Below are positions 52,883-64,000 of a stretch of 64,000 nucleotides of DNA, one piece after another (positions within the stretch are counted from its first letter, which is position 1; every line of letters begins with the position of its first letter). Source of the DNA: Eledone cirrhosa. Lineage: Eukaryota. Below the pieces are notes generated by a model. The model saw nothing but the letters and a program-made list of their open reading frames with translations. It was not told where the DNA came from and made no database searches. The position numbers were made by a program, and so were the translations under genes. The DNA is taken from assembly GCA_964016885.1 (NCBI GenBank), contig OZ024747.1, positions 71,300,001 through 71,364,000 of the forward strand, given 5' to 3'.

Positions 52883-52960
52883 ATATATACACATATATGT
52901 ATGTCTATATATATATACATACATATATATATACGTATATATATATATATACATATATGT

Positions 52961-53043
<83 letters not shown>

Positions 53044-53554
53044 TATATATGCATATATATATATATATATCATTGAATTTTGAGATGCTATCTAGGAATG
53101 ATACTGACCAAATAACTACACACTACCAATCACACAAGTAAGTATACGTGTGCATTATGTGTACGTGAGTGTTTGCTTGAGTATGTATATGTGTCTAGTA
53201 TTCTTTTGTAATCTCATTATTTCTGTACATGAATAAATTGGATTCATGATAATCGTCTCAATAAATTTGCGTATCTCTGTCTATTGTGAAATACAACGAT
53301 TTTTGTATGTGTGTGTATATGTGTGTGTGTATGTGTGTGCATGTGTGTGTATGTGTGCATGTGTGTGTGTGTGTGTGTATGCGTGTACGTGTGCATGTAT
53401 GTGTGTGTGTGCGTGTATGTGTGCATGTGTGTGTGTGTGTTTGTATGTGTCAGAAAGAGAGATAGAGTGAGAAATTAGGAGAGAAAACCCGAGAAATAAT
53501 CGTATGCATAAATGCATGCACGCAAGAGTTCGTTCGTGTCTTTGTGCTCTTCCA

Positions 53555-53800
53555 TCCCGCCCCACCCACACCCCCTCAGCCCAACTGGAATGAGATCGGC
53601 CCAGAAGTAATCAAAATGACCCGCTGTTTCAGTGCTGCTTGCTGCACTCTGGATGCACAGACCCTGCAGTTAAGCAGTGTCCCAGTGGCTTGCGTTGCTA
53701 ATTGAAATCACAAATCCATTGGCATTCATCCATCCCGGGTCTCAACTATGATTGGCCTGCTGAAATCTCAGGCCGCGTACGCACACACACGCGCACACTC
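53555..53800. promoter_or_regulatory. Candidate promoter/enhancer island
   Basis: Unique GC-richer sequence with CCCGCCCCACCC (Sp/KLF-like) and two ATTGG boxes. No recognisable repeat or ORF. Confidence 0.3.
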
Positions 53801-55112
53801 TCATACACACAAGCACACACACAACCATCTGAACACTGAATCTAATAGCAAAAGTGGGTGGTAAATCCTTTCGCGTTGTTTCTGTATAATTAATAGAAGG
53901 AAAAATAATAGCAAGTTACTGCACTACCGAGAAAATCAATAGCAATATACTTTATATAATTACAAGAAGAAAGATAATGTAGCTTTTTAATTAGAAATTA
54001 GAATCAGAGAAATTATGGAAAAGCCAAATAGAAAATATTAGCTCCCCCATTCAATTCTTACGTATATTAATGCATCAGAGTTACAGTACAGGGTCGATTG
54101 ATTTAAGGCTAATAGCAATAGCATTATACATTCTATAAAAAAATACCTTATAAATAGAAAGATAGTTTCTTTATTTCCTAAACGAAATATCTGAAATAGA
54201 ATTTACGCCCTAATTAATTGATGTCGCCATGATGTCCTGATAACATTTACCTCGTTTATCCTACATCCATAGAATAACACGTATTAAACAAGCGAAATAC
54301 ACAAAGTTTTCATCATCATTAACAACAACTACTGCAATGAGAACTTTTTATAAGCATCTTCTAGACTTATTTTTATTTTGTTTTTCATTCATAGCATGGG
54401 GAATCATATAAAGACTATAATTGATTGTATGTTTTCCTACATACAACATTTTAATCCACATCTATTTCGTGAATGCTATAAAACACAAATAAAGGTTGAA
54501 CATCCTTATCAAAGGAGAGTAGAGTAATAATCAGGTCATTTAGCTCTGGAAACTACTTTGATAGTCTTAAACATTTCTACTGAAACAAGTCAAGTTAATA
54601 TCCCACCTAATCTTATCTAACTTAATCCTCTAATTCTGAATATTACATCAAGAGAAAAACCACCTCCACTGCGGTGTTCAGCTGATAAAATACACTACTA
54701 ATTGCACTCCTGATGATATTTCATTTTTCTGTTTAATTTTATCAAATATTACAACTTATTAAATTAAATGTACTCGGGAAAGCACGTTACTCGATGAACT
54801 ACCACATATTCTTATTATCCAATTGTATAATGTTACTTAATACCATTAAGTGTAAGCTCCATCCTAGGGCACTGTGCCTCAGCTATATGAAAATTGATAG
54901 ATATTCTACTTAATTGTAAGATTGTTACAATTTCCTTAACGAAACAAATTAAACATACAAACACTACAATTTTTATCAGATATTTACAAAAATCAACGTA
55001 CAACATTTAAATCCCAGTATATTGTTCCTCGTGATAAAAATACTGTAATCGCTTTTTGTCGCTAAATTACTTGCGCATCAATGTCTGACCTGGATTAAAC
55101 TTTCGCTATATG

Positions 55113-55207
<95 letters not shown>

Positions 55208-56888
55208 TGCATTTGTGCATATGGCTTATATTACCTGTTGCAAGCTAAAACTGCTGATTTATCAGAGTAAATTAGTGCAACGACCGCATCTCGGTGAATC
55301 ATTCCACTCCCTAGATAGAAAGTGTATGCAACATTTATGGCACTATCATACTGAAAGAAATATGAATTGTTTCTTTTCATATATACATGTCTGAAGAAGG
55401 AAGCGAGAAAATTGCTTTAGAGGAATATTTTCACCGAACATAAATTCTTCTGTCAAGGTACCCAGCAACAAGTTATGGTTAAAATAATATTTTAAAAAAT
55501 AATAAAATATAAAGTAAAAAAATTGTCTTATGTCCAGTTCTGAAGTGGGTGTCTTGAAATATTGTAGCTCCTGCATCTTTGGTGGTGATGATGAGAATGT
55601 TGTTTGTGTCACAAATACTCTTTATGGCTGTTAGCACGTTGAAAAATGAAGTGGTGTTAAGCAGGGCAATAAATTGCAGTTGTTTGCAAGAGTTTATCAC
55701 CTGAATTACAAATTTGTATAATACGTGTTTGCAGCTGTACAGAACGTACATTAACAATTTCATGTATCAGTAATAAAATAATATTATGGGTGAAAGTGAC
55801 ATTCAACTTGAATTTATTGTTAAGCTAATATTACTCACACTGAAAATTCAATAAATGGATGTTATGTAGTGTCAAAAAATAATGAAGCAAAATTGATACT
55901 TGGGAAATGTAGGTATCGTATAATAAGTTCATTGATGGTCGTTTAAAATTAAGGGCGTTAACCATATAAATTAGAAGTAAGCTTAATGGTCTTACAAAAC
56001 CTTACATTTTTCGGTACATTGCAGATACAACTGAGCATTACTCAAGAGAAGCGAATAATATACAGTCAAATTTCTAATTTTATAATCATGGATTCAAGAC
56101 GTTTAACTTGAAAGTTTACCTTGCGTTGTTACTTTTAAACATCACTTTCTTTGTCATCTTTAATGTTCTAGGGTTATACAATTATTTTCAGTCTATTCAT
56201 AAAATGTGTCCCCAAATGAGAACATTTACGAACCTCGGCTTTCTCAGCCGGAAATAAGCAGCTAACAAAGATTCAGTAACTTTTATGGACTAGACTAGCG
56301 TCTTAGTTTCGTATTCCAGTTCTATAAATATTCCCATGTTGTTTCTCAAGTATTTTTGTTTTCTTTAAAGGAGAAAAATATATTAACGGAAAATCATGTT
56401 GAATACAATGAAGACTGAATTGAGAATTTGTTATTGTGAAAATAAGAGAATTCTAGTGGTGCAATGTTGTAAAGAAACTTGGAAATACCTTTTAAACACC
56501 ATTTAGCTTGGCCAAGTATCGGAAGCCCATCGGATAGACTGTACCTGTAATTCAAAAGATCAGTCTTGTTACACATCGTGTCACACTGAATCTCCCTGAG
56601 AATTATGTTAAGGTTACACGCATAGGAAGAATACTTGGCAACTTGCTCGTTAATTTCATGAGCAATTGGAACACTCGTCGTCGAAACTGACCGAAGCCCG
56701 TTCTACTTGAGTTCATAAAATAGTTTTGTAATTAGATTCGCGTTTAAGATTAACCTAAAAGCTAGAATCTGATAGTTTCTAATAAAACACTTAAACATTT
56801 CCCCTGCAATTTTATAAAACAGTCAGCTAGCTTAATCTGGATACAGATAAATTCGATCGAGAACAAACGCATGATAGCATATATATAT

Positions 56889-57090
56889 AGGTGCGTGGCT
56901 GAGTGGATAGCGAATAGGATTCACAACGTGAGGTTGTGAGTTCGATTCCTGGAACGGTTGATGCGTTATTTCCTTGAGCAAGACATTTTATTTCACGTTT
57001 CTCCTTCTACCTGGAGTTGCGACCGCTAGATAGTATTAACAAATGGAAAGACCAATGGAAACATTGTTTCCTCGGTCCGATTTGACGAAA
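56889..57090 (+). mobile_element. tRNA-derived SINE family 2
   Basis: GTGGCTGAGTGG A box, GAGTTCGATTCC B box and CCTTGAGCAAGAC core-like block. Confidence 0.75.
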
Positions 57091-57119
57091 GTCAATCGAC
57101 TCCTATATATATATGTGAT

Positions 57120-58320
57120 AAAAATGACAAACACAGAGATTCAAAAGCAATTAATGTCATTATGTTCACGGTTTGGATGAAAGAGAGAAAACAAGTTCAA
57201 CGTTTCGGACGTTAGTTCTTCGTTGGGAGAGTACAAGTATATAGATTAGAAAATCTAAAAAAAGTAGAAAAAGGGGGGGGGACATGTGAGTGTGTGGGTG
57301 TTTGTTTTAGATTTTTGTGTATGTATCACCATATATATTGGGGGAGTGGTCTATACCTTATTCATGATGGTGTCTCAGTGTGTCTGGCTGTAGTAACATT
57401 ATGTATGAGTGTTGTTTGTCTGTGTATGTATCAAATATGAATGAAATTACTTGTGACAAATATATATCTGTTTATTATGTATCCATTCATTAAAAAAAAA
57501 AGAAACGAAACTCCAAGGTGGTCAGATGACATTGAAATAAACAAAAAATGTTTTGATTGTCATAGCAACCACACGTTAAGTGAGAAATGCGTGTGTATAT
57601 GTCCTGATGTATATGTATGTCTATGAGTACGTTTCAACGTGTTTTGGAGGGTGTGGAAGTCCCTAACATGTAAGATGGCCCTGTTAGGTCTGATAAGGGT
57701 TGTTGTGGGTGATGAAACTACATGTGTGGCAACGGGGCCAGGAGCAGGGAAGGGATCCAGGAAAAACGTTGGAAGGAGGTAGAAAACTTCGGAGGAGAAG
57801 GTTATTAATATTGCGTGCGAGGTTAAAAGAGAGGAGCGTTGGGAGATGAAAATAAGATAGGAAAGACAGTCACATCACCTCAGTCAATCCTCACAATTCA
57901 CTACGGTTTCGATGTATTAAGTATGATACCGTTCATTTCAGTACACATTGGGACAAAACAAACAGGTGGGGACGAGTTATACCTGTAGGCGAACTTCACA
58001 AATATAGAAGTACCCCAAGTGCGTCAAATGACAAAGAAGGGCGAGAAAGGCATGCGAGGTCATAGCCAAAGGAGAAAAAAATGTAGAAAGAGGAGAAATA
58101 GTAGAACAGAAGAGAATAATATGGCCTGAAATTCAACGGAGACAAAGAAGAATGACACCGAAGTGTAAAAAGGGTAAGAAGGGTGAATAGAGGAAGACAA
58201 GTTGGGCGATGTGATGTCTATTATATGATAGTTGCCAAAAGGAAAACAACATGACTATGACTTTAGAATATGAACTCAAAATAGGACGCGCTTAGTGCAC
58301 CAACAATGGAAAAAACTATA
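57120..58320 (-). mobile_element. Decayed Penelope-like element (RT plus Zn-linker remnant and degenerate hammerhead pLTR)
   Basis: Minus-strand FPCSWPRCHTC at ~57718-57752, IDITS (DVTSL-like) at ~58205-58220, and ACGAAGAACTAACGTCCGAAACGTT at ~57198-57223. Confidence 0.55.
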
Positions 58321-58325
58321 TTATG

Positions 58326-58431
<106 letters not shown>

Positions 58432-58709
58432 AATATATATATATATTTATATATATTTATATATATATATATTTATATATGTATATATATATATTTATAT
58501 ATGTATATATATATATATTTATATATATATATTTATATATACAATATTACAATATTGTATATATAAATATATATATATATACATATATAAATATATATAT
58601 ATACATATATACTCCAAATATTTGTCGAGTGCTTTTATATCAGTTATAAATATTTACTAGTTGTAACCCAACAATTTTAAATATAACTTTACATATATTT
58701 ATATATATA

Positions 58710-60714
<2,005 letters not shown>

Positions 60715-60737
60715 TTATATATATACATGTCTGTGCA

Positions 60738-60803
<66 letters not shown>

Positions 60804-62364
60804 TATATGCACAGACATACAAACATACGTACACAATGAATAGAACGCAGTTATTTCGGCATACCTTACACTTATAGACCAACATTCAGAATTGTAATAA
60901 GCTTCTCTTTTATATTTCATCTCTAGTCAGATAATTGCATATAAATAAATCTATCTTGTTGGAATATTTGACATGGGGAAACGAAACCAATATATATTTG
61001 ACACAACAGTTTTCCTTCTTTAAGTACTTTTCGTAACGTTTGCTATTATCACATGTAGCAATGAACTGTTTCGACAATTTATATATTTTCTCTGCGCTTA
61101 CTATATCTCGAAAGGAATTTGGTTTTTAAATATACTTCCAGTTAAAAGAAGTGTCAATAGAATTTTTTGTTTGATATAAAGTTCAAGCCATTACGACCTC
61201 TATATAGAAAGTTCTTGTTAAATCAAGCCTCCATTATTGCTTTTCCTTTTTCAATACTGTTTTTCAAAGAGAGAGCTAAAACATTTTTGTCGGTATATAA
61301 CTGTATAATTCAAACATCACCTAACAATGCAATCTAAAAAGTACTGACAGTATGTGCGGGTGTGTTATCATAGTTAACTCCCATGACGAGAAAATACAAA
61401 TTGGTTTACTGAAGCATTTGCTGGACAAAGCTACAAAAAAATACACTGATTCCTTTTTCGACAATGTCACATAACCAGACAAAAGCTGATGTAACCTCAC
61501 CTCATATAAAGATAACAATAGAAGGAATATAAAACACCAGTTCAAACAGTGACTTTAAGAGGAAATACTGTTTTTGAAATATTTTTAACAGTGCTTTTCT
61601 TTATTGGAATTTCAAGTGTGATTGCACAGCATCTCCTGTTCATGGTTTTTCTTTTATAGTTCATACATAACCTAGAAGCGTAGAAAGGGTTTGGGCCGAA
61701 ATTGTATCATATTACTTTGTATGGGATATTGTCATATCGCCGCCCTATCGAGAGTGATTTAGTTAACGCCATTTTCTATACTTTGATGTATAATTTAATG
61801 TAATTCAATGGACTTCTGTCCTACAGTGCAGTCTGAAAAACGATTTCTTTCAAATACACATTAATGTTGTTTGCTAACTTTTGTAGCTAATGTATTTTGG
61901 AATATACAACAATCTGATAGGAAAGATTAATCATGTGAAAGGTTACTAGTTTAGGTTAGTTGGTTACAATTCGGTACTTTGGGTTACTTCCAGCTTCCAT
62001 TGTTCTCTTGACAACAAACAACAAACAACAAACAAAATGTATATTTAGGTTTAAAAAAGTGCGATGAGAAAAAATGGCTTTCTTCGAACATACTACAACA
62101 TATTTCAGAAAAATATTTTAAACGCATTTTTGATTCTCTGAATCTTAATAATTGTAATGGTTTTAGAATAGGTCGGAACAGACAGTTCAAGATATCATTC
62201 ATAAATATATGTTTATATATATATGTATATATATATATTTAAAAAGTGAGCACGGCGCTGTGTGGTTACCAATAATTATTATTTAGAAAATCTGAGAGAA
62301 ACACGAACACTAGGACAATTCCATATATATACATATATATATATATTATAACACATATACCTTC

Positions 62365-62433
<69 letters not shown>

Positions 62434-62462
62434 CTAAGAATAATGAGTTCTAAACTCAAGTA

Positions 62463-62615
62463 GATCCCGTTAAGGGTGAAAGCAACGATTCTTTGCTTAA
62501 ACTTTAATCTGTTATTTTAATAAATATTTGCTCTACCGCTCTTATATATTTGATATATATTTATCCTTATCGAGCCCTCTTTGGATTTTAGTCTTCAAAT
62601 TTATTATTATTACTA
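62463..62615 (+). repeat. PLE pLTR 3' portion including distal tail
   Basis: Matches 13058-13210. Confidence 0.85.
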
Positions 62616-63125
62616 TATATATATATATATTTCTACGGAAATACTTAAAACATATATATATTAAATAAATTCCACAGTTTGAATGATTTGTATCACTAGT
62701 TTCTCCGGGCTCTACTATCTTACAATAATCTATACTACACAGAATATATCGACATATCACTAACCAACACTGTATGTAAAAACATAGGTAAACATTGTCT
62801 TTATAAATAACATTTGCGTAGACAGCTATTCAGTCATCTGACATTAACTATTTTCTTTATTATGAAATTGTAATATAACTGTCAAAATGGCCATTCAGCA
62901 TATATATATATATATATATGATCTGTTATCAAATTCTCTGCTTTTTTTCGGGGGTATATCTGTTAAATTTTATATAAATAACATATATACTTATATATAT
63001 TTATATTTTAAAGAGGCGGGACACAACGGCTGAGCTCTTGCCGTTCCAACAGCTCTTATAGTATAACCACACCCTACTACCCCAAGTATCGAGTACTCTG
63101 TTGAGTAATGGTCTGATCCATCCTG

Positions 63126-63163
<38 letters not shown>

Positions 63164-64000
63164 TGTATGTTAATGCTGATAGTGGCCTGTTACTCTGTGG
63201 TTTCACAATGTGCATATACGCAGAGAGGGCGTAGGTGACCTGACCTTTAGGTATATACGTATTGCCATCATATATATATATGTGTGTGTGTGTGTGTGTA
63301 CCATTCTAACCTTACATGCATGCATGTGGGCATGCATATGTATGTGTTTTCACATTCCTACATATATGCACTTTGAAAAGTCGGCTATATAGTACAATGA
63401 TAAAATTTAGAAATCATTTTGTAACTACTTTCAAAACTGTTTATTATGAAAATGCTACAGAAGAATGGATTTGCTCCTAGATTTTCAAGATGTGCCAATA
63501 TGTTCTTTCATTTGAGAGAATCGATATAGCAAGCCTCTGACGAAGATTTCTCTGAAATACAGCCAAAGAGGTTAATACAGGCCGATCAGTAAAGTCGATA
63601 AGTCATAAATGTCACTATTTATTTAATATTGACATGAGAGATGATCGACAATTATATTCCCATATTAATGTTCTCAAAAACTACGTTCACAGAATATTTA
63701 TATATCTCGGGTATTTTCTCATCTTTCTTTAATAGTTTCTTATGCTTTATTATTATAAAATTTCTTGAGAGATGATTGGGAGATTAATATGGTAAAGAAT
63801 CATAGAATAGATGTCCTGGAATCATTAGTTATGTCTCTGTTAGGAGTTCAAATCCCTCTAAGAGCTTCTATTCATTCCCTCCCTCCAGATACAAAGAATG
63901 CTATTGTTATAATTGACCAGTTACTCGTACATATTCGCAGTTTCGCTTTTCACCCAAATGATTTCGCTTCATAAATTTGACATGCTTACCTACTTTACGT

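Noticed and set aside
63534-63571. CTGACGA-AGA tttc TCT-GAAA hammerhead-like motif
   Set aside because: No credible stem III or NUH site.

Overview
This is AT-rich, microsatellite-dense eukaryotic DNA, intergenic or intronic. The SINE families and repeat landscape resemble an Octopus/cephalopod genome, which is an inference. No host protein-coding gene can be called with confidence, and most of the supplied ORF track is translated microsatellite. Recognisable content: (1) a 5'-truncated Tx1/L1-clade LINE with an uninterrupted RT and a 19-bp TSD; (2) a nearly complete RTE-clade LINE with three C-terminal C2H2 fingers; (3) Penelope-like element (PLE) remnants and several hammerhead-ribozyme-like motifs, often as inverted fold-back pairs; (4) about 20 copies of one tRNA-derived SINE plus older SINEs; (5) RTE-derived non-autonomous elements with a twister-like 5' end; (6) Tc1/mariner-type MITEs and a non-autonomous Helitron. 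The most striking structure is a non-coding element present twice (24921-27432 and 58815-60663). Each copy is a 1.8-2.5 kb palindrome with identical outer termini and the same one-sided ~35-nt tail, and each lies in (TA)n. The two arms of each copy share copy-specific mutations, which suggests fold-back synthesis at each insertion. Coordinates were read by eye and diverged-repeat boundaries are approximate.
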